Source of the DNA: Nitrospirota bacterium
GTDB lineage: Bacteria > Nitrospirota > UBA9217
Length of the DNA: 64,000 bases
Direction of reading: 5' to 3'
Assembly (NCBI GenBank): GCA_963751455.1
Contig: CAVVUN010000015.1
Span: 128,001 to 192,000, forward strand
Shown here: one piece after another, positions 20,899-30,141 of the stretch
How positions within the stretch are numbered: the first letter of the stretch is position 1
Layout: every line of letters starts with the position of its first letter
Made by a program: the position numbers and the translations under genes
Notes under the pieces: generated by a model
What the model was told of the DNA's origin: nothing
The model's database searches: none
The model's input: only the letters and a program-made list of their open reading frames with translations

Positions 20899-21137
20899 GC
20901 CACATCTTCAACTAGCACAAGTTATCTCTACTGCAATCATACAAATCTGAGCAATAAATAGTCGATCGGGTAAGGATGCAGCCTCCGGCATGTACCAACG
21001 ACGAAGTTTATTTTTTGCCGAGCAAATATCATCCAGCAACGTTCAACGAAAAAGGATTTTTGAATTATCATCTTCCATATCCGTACCATATCCGTACGTC
21101 CGGAGTGGGAGATGCTAATTACTTAAGGGGGGATAAA

Positions 21138-22292
21138 ATGAGGCATCGATTAAGTGTACTGGCACTCGTTTTTACTGCTGTTGCTTTGCTATGGATTTGT
21201 GTTGGAAGTGAAACCGCGTACGCTAAGACCGTGGCCGAGTGGGACAGCGGTTTTCTGAACATCGATTACCAGGTCCAGGCCCGAGCCGCGTGGCGGGACC
21301 AGGGCACTGACCCCAGTCAGGATCAGACATCCCGGGATCTGTATCTGCGAAGAAACAGGCTCAGTTTTCTCGGCGCTGCTACAGAAACGATCGGGTATGC
21401 GATCCAGTTTGAGTATAACGGCGGACGGAGGATCGGCGACCTGAGTGTGTCAGAGCAGAACGGCGAATACGATTCGCTTATTCTCGACTATTATCTTACC
21501 TGGGATCCTTCCGATTCCCTGAAGTTTCGCGTGGGGAAGACAAAACACGTCCTTACCCGCGAGGTCAACGAAGGTTGCTTCGATCCGCTCTCGATCGACC
21601 GGTCCAATTTCATACTGGGCCCCTTCTCCGGATCACGCCCGGAAAAAACGACGCGTGATTACGGCTTGGTTGCCTGGGGCAACTTCGTCGAGAACAAGTT
21701 GCAGTACCGTCTTGCCGTAATGCAAGGCAACGACTTCGGAAGCAACAAGCCGGATGATATCGGCTACCGTTATACCGGCCGTGTGCATCTCACGCTTCTC
21801 GATCCTGAAGCGGGCCTCGGATATAAGGGCACCTACCTCGGGAAAAAGAATGTGCTGACACTGGGAGCGGGTTACGAGGTCCAGCCCAATGCGGTCTTCG
21901 CAAGCGGGACAACCGGGCCGGCCGAGGACTACAAGGGTTTGACCTACGACATCTTTTATGAGAAACCTACCGACATGGGTACATTCACGGTATCCGGCGC
22001 TTATTATGAGATGGACTTTAACAGGGCCAGCGGACCGGGCGCCGAAGACAGGAACGGAAGTTATTGGAAAGCCGGTTATATGGTCGGCAAGACCCAGATT
22101 TTTGGAAGATTCGAGGACTGGGCATTTGTCAGTGGTCAGAGCCTTAAATTACAGGTCGCGGGCGTTAATTATTACATAAAAGGCCAGGACTTGAGGCTTA
22201 CCTTGGAATATACGGCCACTGACCTTAAAAATGAAAATGCAAAAAACAAGGATTTCACGACGATATTAGCGCAGTTCCAGGCCAGATTCTAA
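21138..22292 (+). CDS. Outer-membrane porin (phosphate-selective porin O/P superfamily, Geobacter ExtI-like)
   Basis: Signal peptide, LRRNRL, TRExxExCxxPLxxDRS, RDYG, YKGTYLGKK, C-terminal QARF; ATG 21138 follows AAGGGGG. Confidence 0.75.
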   Translation: MRHRLSVLALVFTAVALLWICVGSETAYAKTVAEWDSGFLNIDYQVQARAAWRDQGTDPSQDQTSRDLYLRRNRLSFLGAATETIGYAIQFEYNGGRRIGDLSVSEQNGEYDSLILDYYLTWDPSDSLKFRVGKTKHVLTREVNEGCFDPLSIDRSNFILGPFSGSRPEKTTRDYGLVAWGNFVENKLQYRLAVMQGNDFGSNKPDDIGYRYTGRVHLTLLDPEAGLGYKGTYLGKKNVLTLGAGYEVQPNAVFASGTTGPAEDYKGLTYDIFYEKPTDMGTFTVSGAYYEMDFNRASGPGAEDRNGSYWKAGYMVGKTQIFGRFEDWAFVSGQSLKLQVAGVNYYIKGQDLRLTLEYTATDLKNENAKNKDFTTILAQFQARF

Positions 22293-22314
22293 TTTACAAG
22301 GAGAGGACATTCCA

Positions 22315-22749
22315 ATGAAGATAAAATTAAACATAATCCTGCTGGCGCTATTGCTGGCATCTACCGTTATCGTCCCGCTTCTGGTCTTTCAGGGCTGCGG
22401 CAGCGATGAATACGCCATTCCTACCGCTGATCCCAATGCGCCCATAGCGATCAATGGCGGCGCTTCAGTAACTGATACAACCAGTGTAATCCTGACACTT
22501 CATCGCGTAGACGCTGCCGGTGTTGTCGGATACTTTGTTTCCGAGAATGCAACAGCGCCGGCCGCTGGCGACGCCGGCTGGGTGACCGTTACACAAATCA
22601 CGACCTACGATGCGACAGGAATTCCCTTTACGCTGAGTGCGACAGAGGGGTCGAAAACGGTCTACGTTTGGTTTAAAAACGCAGCTGCGGCAGTCAGCAC
22701 GACGGCAAGCGCCAGCATCAAATATGATGACGGTATATACGGTAACTGA
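22315..22749 (+). CDS. Lipoprotein with a single beta-sandwich domain
   Basis: Lipobox FQGC; INGGA...FTL..G.KTVYVWFK motif. Confidence 0.7.
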   Translation: MKIKLNIILLALLLASTVIVPLLVFQGCGSDEYAIPTADPNAPIAINGGASVTDTTSVILTLHRVDAAGVVGYFVSENATAPAAGDAGWVTVTQITTYDATGIPFTLSATEGSKTVYVWFKNAAAAVSTTASASIKYDDGIYGN

Positions 22750-22885
22750 GGTCAATAGCATACTTAATTAATAAAGGAGGTGGCCGGAAGTCACAAAGAG
22801 GTACCGGCAGTGCCGGTAAGCTTTTATCAGGTCTTCGTAGAAATTTATTTACAAAACAAACAGTAAAAAGGGGAGGTTCATAATA

Positions 22886-24070
22886 ATGAAGAAAAGCATG
22901 TTCACAAAAGTCTTGATTATCGCGTTGGCAATTATGGTTGTGGGAACGGTTGCTTTTATCGGCGGCTGCGGCAGTGACAGCAATGACGACGGAGCAGCGG
23001 CCCCGACGGTGAAGAGGACAATGGCTTCCGCATTCAGAAGCGATGCTGCTTACCAGTATATCCATGGCACCAACAGCCCGGATGGTACCAAGTTGTATGT
23101 CGCCTTTAACAACACGATTTCAGCCGGCTCAGGAACCTTGTCCGGAAACTTTACGGCATATATGCTCAACATGAGCGACGTTACTGCCGGCACGGTATCA
23201 TCATCCAGCGTGCTTGCAACCTCACAGTCGATTACGGCCGCAACAGCCTTCAGGCAGAGCTTTACTCCGGATGGCACCAAAATCGTACAGGCAGGCGCCG
23301 ACCGCGTGGTCGTGTTGAAAGCCTCTGATCTTAGCGTACTGCAGAGCACTACGAACATTGGCGGCACATCGACCTCTTTCCAAAGCCACGATGCCTTAGC
23401 GATCGATAACGACTATGCTCTTCTGCAGCTGCAATCAAAGCAGAGCACCACAGGCGTTGCTGCAGTCATACTTTATAACATCAACACCGGAGCTACGATC
23501 GGGTCACAAGCCAACACTTGTTCTCCTTGCCACTCCTGGACCTCGGCTAAGAGCCATATGAACTGCGGTATAGACGGCAAATTTACCAAAGGCTCCGATG
23601 GCAAGTACACCGGCACGCTCTATGCGTCAACCACCACGGGCGGACACATCGTGAAAGTGAATCTTACTATCGATCCTGCTACCGGAGTAACGGCAGGTTC
23701 CGCGAGTCATCTTGCACAGGTCTCGAATTATGACCTTGGCACGGGTGCAGCGGGCACTGATATCCCGAACCTCCATGATGTGAGGCTCGATACAACGGTT
23801 ACTCCCAACAGAGTGTATTATTCAGCAATTATGCCAGATGCAACAGGCGGGGCCAATAACGGCCGCGTGCATATGGGTTATGTAGAAACAACCACTGGCA
23901 ACAAGACTGACGCAACGATCAACATAGCAAGCGGTTCAACCAGCGCCCCGGTATACTGCGGCTCTGGTCAGACCACAACCCACTTCATCCCGCAGACCAT
24001 GAACTATCCTGCGTATATCGATGCGGTGCCCAAGTCCCTTATCACCACGGGAGCTGCCCTTAATCCGTAA
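22886..24070 (+). CDS. Ser/Thr-rich lipoprotein, beta-propeller-like, with one CxxCH motif
   Basis: Lipobox IGGC; SPDG/TPDG repeats; CSPCH; several His and Cys. Confidence 0.7.
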   Translation: MKKSMFTKVLIIALAIMVVGTVAFIGGCGSDSNDDGAAAPTVKRTMASAFRSDAAYQYIHGTNSPDGTKLYVAFNNTISAGSGTLSGNFTAYMLNMSDVTAGTVSSSSVLATSQSITAATAFRQSFTPDGTKIVQAGADRVVVLKASDLSVLQSTTNIGGTSTSFQSHDALAIDNDYALLQLQSKQSTTGVAAVILYNINTGATIGSQANTCSPCHSWTSAKSHMNCGIDGKFTKGSDGKYTGTLYASTTTGGHIVKVNLTIDPATGVTAGSASHLAQVSNYDLGTGAAGTDIPNLHDVRLDTTVTPNRVYYSAIMPDATGGANNGRVHMGYVETTTGNKTDATINIASGSTSAPVYCGSGQTTTHFIPQTMNYPAYIDAVPKSLITTGAALNP

Positions 24071-24091
24071 GGCGACATATTCAAGCATAGC

Positions 24092-24123
24092 AAGGGGAGC
24101 GGTTCTTCCGCTCCCCTTTTTTT
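24092..24123 (+). terminator. Intrinsic terminator
   Basis: aaggggagcgg-ttctt-ccgctcccctt followed by a T run. Confidence 0.9.
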
Positions 24124-24239
24124 ATTCTCCATTAATGTGCGTGTTATATACTAGATCGCGAGGTTAAAGCCTTGCCCCGCAGTTAAGCAGTTCATTTTGC
24201 TTTAAAATAAATTCCGAACGTTGTATTATAGGCACTGGT

Positions 24240-25427
24240 ATGAGCCTTCTTAAACTTGCCTTAAAAAATCTGTTGAGAAAACGAGTACGAAGCATCGCTC
24301 TCATCCTGATAGGCGCCCTGGCCGGGGGCCTTATTTTTTCCGCTTCAACAATTCTGCTTTCCGTAAAATCGAGCCTCGAGCTTGGGATGAAAAGGCTCGG
24401 TGCCGACATCATGGTTGCGCCGGCCGGATACGAAACCAAGGTCCAGCGCACACTATTGTCAGGCGAACCCTCCGCCTACTACATGGATGCCAAAATAATC
24501 GATCGGATCAAGGCTGTCCCTGGCGTTCATAAAGCATCGCCTCAGCTTTTTATGACTTCGGCGGTGCTCGAATGCTGCTATGCACCCGATGTCCTTCTCG
24601 TGGGATATGATCCCGAATCGGACTTTACGATCAAGCCCTGGAAACGATTTGCCGTCGAAGCAACCAACGATGATGCTATAATCGGCGCAAATTTGAACTA
24701 TCTTTCCCCGGAGGACTTTCGTTTTTACGGAAAACAGTTCGGCATCAGTTCGGTCCTTGAATTGACTGGCCTTCCCTATTTTGATAAGACCGTTTTCATG
24801 ACCATGGATGCAGCGAGAAATATGATAGAAATTTCGAAGTCCGCATCCGCACGGCCTCTTAATATCGGCAAGGACCAGATATCGTCAGTGCTGGTCAAAG
24901 TGCATGACAATTACGATATACAAAAAGCAGCGGCCGATATAGAAAAAACACTTCCTGAGATCAAGGTAATCGTCACAAACGAACTTATAACGGCGGTACG
25001 CAACGACACTCACCTGGCTCTGTGGGGTGTCTTCGCCGGGGGAACGGCCGCCTGGGTCATGTTATTAGCAATGAACGGACTGATTTTTACGATAGTTACT
25101 AACGAACGGAGACGGGAGTACGGAATCCTGAGGGCCATGGGAGCTACGAAGAAGCATGTGTACCGTCTTATAGTTTCCGAAGCAGCTATTCTTTCAGGCG
25201 CCGGAGGGCTCATCGGTTCCATGGTCGGCTGGCTTATTATTTCCTTCTTCAGGCGGCTGATAATCGTCTCTCTGGGAAATATACCCTTTACGCTCCCTTC
25301 ACCATTTTATTTATGCGCAGCTGCCGTTGTCTGCGCTTTACTTTTTATTCTTACCGGGGCCGCTTCGGCAATGTATCCTGCTTTACGTGCCAGTCGCCGT
25401 GAACCAGATGAAGCGATTAAGCGGTGA
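24240..25427 (+). CDS. MacB/FtsX-family ABC permease with periplasmic Cys-Cys
   Basis: ALKNLLR, LGADIMV.P, LECC, GYDP.SDF, NERRREYGILRAMGAT. Confidence 0.88.
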   Translation: MSLLKLALKNLLRKRVRSIALILIGALAGGLIFSASTILLSVKSSLELGMKRLGADIMVAPAGYETKVQRTLLSGEPSAYYMDAKIIDRIKAVPGVHKASPQLFMTSAVLECCYAPDVLLVGYDPESDFTIKPWKRFAVEATNDDAIIGANLNYLSPEDFRFYGKQFGISSVLELTGLPYFDKTVFMTMDAARNMIEISKSASARPLNIGKDQISSVLVKVHDNYDIQKAAADIEKTLPEIKVIVTNELITAVRNDTHLALWGVFAGGTAAWVMLLAMNGLIFTIVTNERRREYGILRAMGATKKHVYRLIVSEAAILSGAGGLIGSMVGWLIISFFRRLIIVSLGNIPFTLPSPFYLCAAAVVCALLFILTGAASAMYPALRASRREPDEAIKR

Positions 25428-26593
25428 AGATGACACTTTATTCGCTTGCAAAAAAAAATATTAAGAGATCACCTTTCAGAAGCGGTGCCGTTGCTCTCGG
25501 TGTCGCTATTGTAGCAGCGACTCTTTTCTGCGTCACCGCTATTATCGGTCTGGCAGGCCTCTCTCTACAACGACGCGTATCAACACTGAACGCTGAGTTA
25601 ATTGTCGTACCGCAGGAAGAGGCTGAGACCATGACCAAATTCCTTGCGGGTCATTTCGAGAAATTCAAGTTCGATATGCAGCATAACATATTGGATGACG
25701 TCAGGGGCATGAGTTTTGTAAAGAATGCAACGCCACTTCTTTTCCTCATTCCGCAAGATACTTCATCCTCGATTCCGGGGAATACCGTGGTAGTGGGTTA
25801 TGATCCGAAAACGGACTTCACCATAAAACCGTGGCTCAAACAGAATAGGACGCCTTCCGATAAGGAGGTTATTATTGGAGGGAAAGTATCGTACGAAAGG
25901 AATCAGAAGATCAAGATTTTAGGGACGGAGCTGGTAGTGGCCGGAAAACTGGAGACAACCGGGATCTATTTCTTGGATAATTCCATATTTATTCCAATTA
26001 CAGCTTTGCGCCAGCTCGCAGGGAAGCCGGACCGGATATCGGCAATTATGGTGCAGCCTGAACTCAATGACTTCGGCCGTGTTCGTACGCTTGGTTTAAC
26101 GATACAAGAGAAAATCAAAGGGGTAAAGTCATTGATGACCGAAGAAACGATATCTACCGCCCGCAGGCAAATAGCGACGCTTATGAAAGGTGTTCTTCTT
26201 ACGGCTGCGCTTATATGGACAATCGCTCTCATCATGATCGGTGTGATCTTCTCAATGATAATAAATGAGAGGCAGAGGGAAATTGGTTTTTTACGTGCCA
26301 TGGGCGCTACAAAGATGCATGTCTTCCGGCTTGCTATGATCGAGGCCTCCCTTCTTTCGGTCTTCGGTGGAGCGGCCGGCGTCATTGCCGGAGCGATTAC
26401 CGCATATGCCTTTAAAAGCGTGGCCAACACTTTGTTTGCTGTTCAGTATGCTTTGCCCGAACCCGCACATTTCGTGCTCATAACTGTTCTCAGTCTGCTG
26501 CTTTCCATCATTTCCGGTGCAGTGGCAACGTTTTTTCCGGCGCTTCGCTCAAGTTTGATGCAGCCACAGGAGGCAATCAGCAAAGGAAATTAG
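25424..26593 (+). CDS. MacB/FtsX-family ABC permease (paralog lacking Cys-Cys)
   Basis: GYDPKTDF, NERQREIGFLRAMGAT; GTGA overlap with upstream gene. Confidence 0.88.
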   Translation: MKMTLYSLAKKNIKRSPFRSGAVALGVAIVAATLFCVTAIIGLAGLSLQRRVSTLNAELIVVPQEEAETMTKFLAGHFEKFKFDMQHNILDDVRGMSFVKNATPLLFLIPQDTSSSIPGNTVVVGYDPKTDFTIKPWLKQNRTPSDKEVIIGGKVSYERNQKIKILGTELVVAGKLETTGIYFLDNSIFIPITALRQLAGKPDRISAIMVQPELNDFGRVRTLGLTIQEKIKGVKSLMTEETISTARRQIATLMKGVLLTAALIWTIALIMIGVIFSMIINERQREIGFLRAMGATKMHVFRLAMIEASLLSVFGGAAGVIAGAITAYAFKSVANTLFAVQYALPEPAHFVLITVLSLLLSIISGAVATFFPALRSSLMQPQEAISKGN

Positions 26594-26769
26594 AATCATG
26601 TTTTCACTGGCGGATGGTCTTGTTTATTCAAGTTACAAGCGTTTTATGGCATGCCCCGCGTCTTAATCCTGCGCGACAAGCATAAAAAACCAGTTGACAT
26701 CCGTAACCCACCACTGCTACTCTTTAAATTCCAATTAAGCCTCAAATATGTTATCAAGGAGGAAACCGC

Positions 26770-27051
26770 ATGTATTTTCTTGCTGTTAATAAAGTAAAAC
26801 AGAATGTGGAGCCTGCCAAAATAGGCGCTGTGATCCCTCCGCATGTTCAATGGCTCAAGGAGTGCGTTGCCGAAGGAACGGTAGTCCAGGCGGGAAAATG
26901 GGGCGACTCGGGTGGCATATCCATTGTCAGGGCTGATAGCCTTACAGATGCCATGGAAATTCTGAAAAATGACCCTCTTGTGCAGTCAGGATTAATTACT
27001 TTCGAAACGGCGGAACTCCATCCGCTCGTCGAGATGAGACAGGAGCGGTAA
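26770..27051 (+). CDS. YciI family protein
   Basis: H..WL, AG....GG, DP....G motifs. Confidence 0.75.
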   Translation: MYFLAVNKVKQNVEPAKIGAVIPPHVQWLKECVAEGTVVQAGKWGDSGGISIVRADSLTDAMEILKNDPLVQSGLITFETAELHPLVEMRQER

Positions 27052-27054
27052 ACA

Positions 27055-27489
27055 ATGGCACGGATCGGAATACTGACCTGCTCGAACGCCACCCAGGACC
27101 TTGGCTGCTCCTCCGTGAGCTGTCTTGCGGACCTGAGGAAGAGAAAAGGCGCATTCGCCGTATATCCGGCGGAGCAGCGGCTCGACCTGGTCGGCATCAT
27201 CAACTGTCCCGGCTGCCCGACCGTTATCGGACCGGAGAAGCTGCTCCAACGCATTCGGGCGCTGACCGAGTTTCGGTTGGATGCCATCCATTTCTCGAAC
27301 TGCGTGAAGGCCCTTTGCCCGTTCAAGCAGCAATACGAAAGAGTTTTGACGGAAGCATTCCCTGCCATCAAGATCGTTGTCGGGTCTCATGAGGAGCATA
27401 TCACCCCGGAAGAATTCAGGCAGCGGGTAAAGAAGCTGTTTTGCCAGCCGAGAAAAACGATGGTCGATGTGATACTGGATAAAGATTAA
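27055..27489 (+). CDS. CGGC-domain (Cys-rich metal-binding) protein
   Basis: C......C....C, INCPGCP, HFSNC....CP, GSH. Confidence 0.8.
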   Translation: MARIGILTCSNATQDLGCSSVSCLADLRKRKGAFAVYPAEQRLDLVGIINCPGCPTVIGPEKLLQRIRALTEFRLDAIHFSNCVKALCPFKQQYERVLTEAFPAIKIVVGSHEEHITPEEFRQRVKKLFCQPRKTMVDVILDKD

Positions 27490-27676
27490 CGAGGCAATAC
27501 CTTAGACCGCTAATGCATAACAAAAGCGTCTCTCGCAAAGCCGCAAAGAACGCAAAGGAAACCTTATATCCTGGTTTTAACCCGAGTGACTGGACTTGCG
27601 AAAAACATTCTGGTTTTGTGCAAACTCAAGAAATCAACTCAATTTTAAGGTGATCCCAAGTAGAGGTTAATGTGAA

Positions 27677-28495
27677 ATGAATAACCAGTATGTTCATGGA
27701 TATCATCCGTCAGAAAGCATCCGTTTGCAGGACCAGGCTTCAACCCTGGTGGAACTCCTGCATTCCGACACCCGGTATGAATCGGGATGCAGCGTGCTGG
27801 AAGCCGGGTGCGGTGTAGGCGCACAAACAGTGACGCTCGCCGCGAACAGTCCGGGGTCCCGGATAACGGCGGTGGATATCTCCGGGGAATCACTGGCTGA
27901 GGCAAGGAGAAAGATCCAGGCTGCGGGACTGACCAATGTCACGTTCCTTCAAGCAAATATCTTCAATTTGCCATTTGAGCCGGAAACCTTCGATCATCTG
28001 TTCCTCTGTTTTGTGCTGGAACACCTGCCTGATCCGGTTCAGGCGCTTACGTCTTTAAAAAAATACCTGAAGCGGGGCGGCACCATTACCGTAATAGAAG
28101 GCGATCATGGGTCAACCTTCTTTTACCCGGACAGCGAAGACGCCCGCCACGCTGTGAGTTGCCAGGTGGAACTGCAGAAAAGGGCAGGGGGAAACGCGAT
28201 GATCGGTCGCGGACTTTACCCGCTATTAACAAAAGCCGGGTACAAATCAGTCCGTGTCTCGCCGAGGATGGTGTATGTCGATTCGAGCAAACCGCACCTT
28301 GTCGACGGTTTTACAAAAAAGACCTTTACGGCAATGATCGAGGGGGTACGCAGCTCCTCGCTCAAGGCAGGTATCATAGACGAAGCGACCTTCGATAAAG
28401 GCGTCAAGGCTCTTTACCGGACAACAGAACCCGACGGTATTTTCTGCTACACCTTTTTCAAGGCATTCGCTGAAAAGGTGCAGCAAGACACGTGA
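27677..28495 (+). CDS. Class I SAM-dependent methyltransferase
   Basis: VLEAGCGVG, VDIS, FDH..CFVLEH, LKRGG. Confidence 0.9.
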   Translation: MNNQYVHGYHPSESIRLQDQASTLVELLHSDTRYESGCSVLEAGCGVGAQTVTLAANSPGSRITAVDISGESLAEARRKIQAAGLTNVTFLQANIFNLPFEPETFDHLFLCFVLEHLPDPVQALTSLKKYLKRGGTITVIEGDHGSTFFYPDSEDARHAVSCQVELQKRAGGNAMIGRGLYPLLTKAGYKSVRVSPRMVYVDSSKPHLVDGFTKKTFTAMIEGVRSSSLKAGIIDEATFDKGVKALYRTTEPDGIFCYTFFKAFAEKVQQDT

Positions 28496-28668
28496 GCGAA
28501 GTTGATAAAGAACTTTTACGATTGCGTCAACTTAGGATCATCTTGCAGAGTTTATCCTGAGTGTGGAGGATAAGGTTCATTACCTTCGTTCGGGATGACA
28601 GCACGAGCGGCCTAAATGACAAAACAGGCTGTTCTTGAGTTTATACGTGTGGCTGCGGGGGATTCTAT

Positions 28669-28782
28669 TATAATTTTGCTGAAAAAATAGAACAATCAAA
28701 ATCCGCAGGGCCACGGAGAAGACAATTCCGCGGCCTTTTTTATTACCCGCTGCGGGCTGACCCCCGTTATTCGTTGAAGGAG
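28669..28782 (+). promoter_or_regulatory. -10 box followed by a leader with a terminator-like hairpin
   Basis: TATAAT 28669-28674; ggccacgga/tccgcggcc hairpin plus T6 lies before the RBS. Confidence 0.45.
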
Positions 28783-28787
28783 GAAAC

Positions 28788-29213
28788 ATGAAGGATTCGT
28801 TGAAGCCAGGCATTGAGTCCGAATTTACGTTCCGTATTCCTGAATCCAAAACCGTACCCGCCTTGTACCCGGAATCTGCTGAATTCCTGCAGATGCCGCT
28901 GGTATTCGCTACAGGATTCATGGTCGGCTTTATCGAATGGGCCTGCATCAAAGCCATTAATCCCCATCTTGACTGGCCGCAGGAGCAGACGGTGGGCACT
29001 CATATCAATGTGTCGCATACGGCCGCAACCCCACCGGGAATGGCAGTAACCACGCTGGTAAAGCTCGTTAAAGTAGACGGCCGCCGTCTGCTGTTTGACG
29101 TTGAGACCCGTGATGAAGTTGAAGCGATCAGCAGGGGAACCCATGAGCGTTATATTATTAATAAAAATAAATTCGATGAGAAAATACGTGAAAAAAACAA
29201 CAGGAAAAAATAA
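28788..29213 (+). CDS. Hot-dog thioesterase (fluoroacetyl-CoA thioesterase FlK-like)
   Basis: VFATGFM...E.AC, TVGT...H.AATP.G, G.HER. Confidence 0.85.
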   Translation: MKDSLKPGIESEFTFRIPESKTVPALYPESAEFLQMPLVFATGFMVGFIEWACIKAINPHLDWPQEQTVGTHINVSHTAATPPGMAVTTLVKLVKVDGRRLLFDVETRDEVEAISRGTHERYIINKNKFDEKIREKNNRKK

Positions 29214-29248
29214 GCGTATTCTCATACCGGTTCAATCCTCAGGCCTGA

Positions 29249-30139
29249 ATGAATGAAAGCAGAAAGATAAAAGTGATCCTGGCACTCGGGACCCTCTACC
29301 TTGCCTGGAGTTCGACCTATCTTGCCATACGGGTCGCCCTGGAGGACTTTCCGCCTTTCTTTATCGCAGGCTTTAGGTACATGCTGGTCGGCGCCGGGAT
29401 TTATGTCTATTTGCGAAGCAAAGGCGTTCCAGCACCTGCTGCAAGGGAATGGGGCGGATCACTCCTCATCGGCGTGTTCCTGCTTCTTGGCGGCACTGCA
29501 GGCGTTGTGTACGCCGAGATGTGGGTGGGATCGGGCCTCGCGGCTCTCGTACTTGCAACCTCACCGCTTCTTACTGTGTTGTTTGCAGGTATTTGGGGAC
29601 ACCGGCCTGCCCGTAACGAATGGCTTGGAATGCTTCTGGGCCTGGCCGGGATCGTTCTGCTCAACATGGAAGGCGATCTGCGGGCGCATCCGCTGGGAGC
29701 AGCGCTTCTGATTGTTGCCTCGGCTTCGTGGTCCTTCGGTTCGATCTTGAGCCTGCACGTACCGATGCCGTCAGGAATGATGGCAAGCGCTTCGCAGATG
29801 TTTTCAGGCGGTCTGTTTGTGTTCATTCTAAGCCTAGTCTCGGGCGAACAATTACCGCTCGACCCCTCCCTTCGCGCGCTCGGGGCGCTGCTCTGGCTCG
29901 CGGTCTTCGGTTCGCTCCTCGGATATACTGCATATACCTATCTGCTGACGCATGTAAGACCTGCGCTGGCAACCAGTTATGCGTATGTAAATCCGACCCT
30001 GGCAGTACTGCTCGGAGTCTGGCTTGGCAACGAGCATGTTACAAAGACCAGCCTTCTTGCTATGCCGATCATTCTTTCCGGAGTGGTTCTGGTAATACTG
30101 GGCCAGAAGCGAGAGATACGGCCAAGGACGAAGGATTAG
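29249..30139 (+). CDS. yedA: EamA/DMT family exporter (YedA-like)
   Basis: WSSTYLAIR, PPF..AG.R, SGLAAL, LATSYAYVNP. Confidence 0.85.
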   Translation: MNESRKIKVILALGTLYLAWSSTYLAIRVALEDFPPFFIAGFRYMLVGAGIYVYLRSKGVPAPAAREWGGSLLIGVFLLLGGTAGVVYAEMWVGSGLAALVLATSPLLTVLFAGIWGHRPARNEWLGMLLGLAGIVLLNMEGDLRAHPLGAALLIVASASWSFGSILSLHVPMPSGMMASASQMFSGGLFVFILSLVSGEQLPLDPSLRALGALLWLAVFGSLLGYTAYTYLLTHVRPALATSYAYVNPTLAVLLGVWLGNEHVTKTSLLAMPIILSGVVLVILGQKREIRPRTKD

Positions 30140-30141
30140 TC

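Noticed and set aside
20941-21060. Moco/Tuco riboswitch in the porin leader
   Set aside because: Only fragments (tctgagc, gcctcc) resemble it; the conserved stems and GNRA loop are missing
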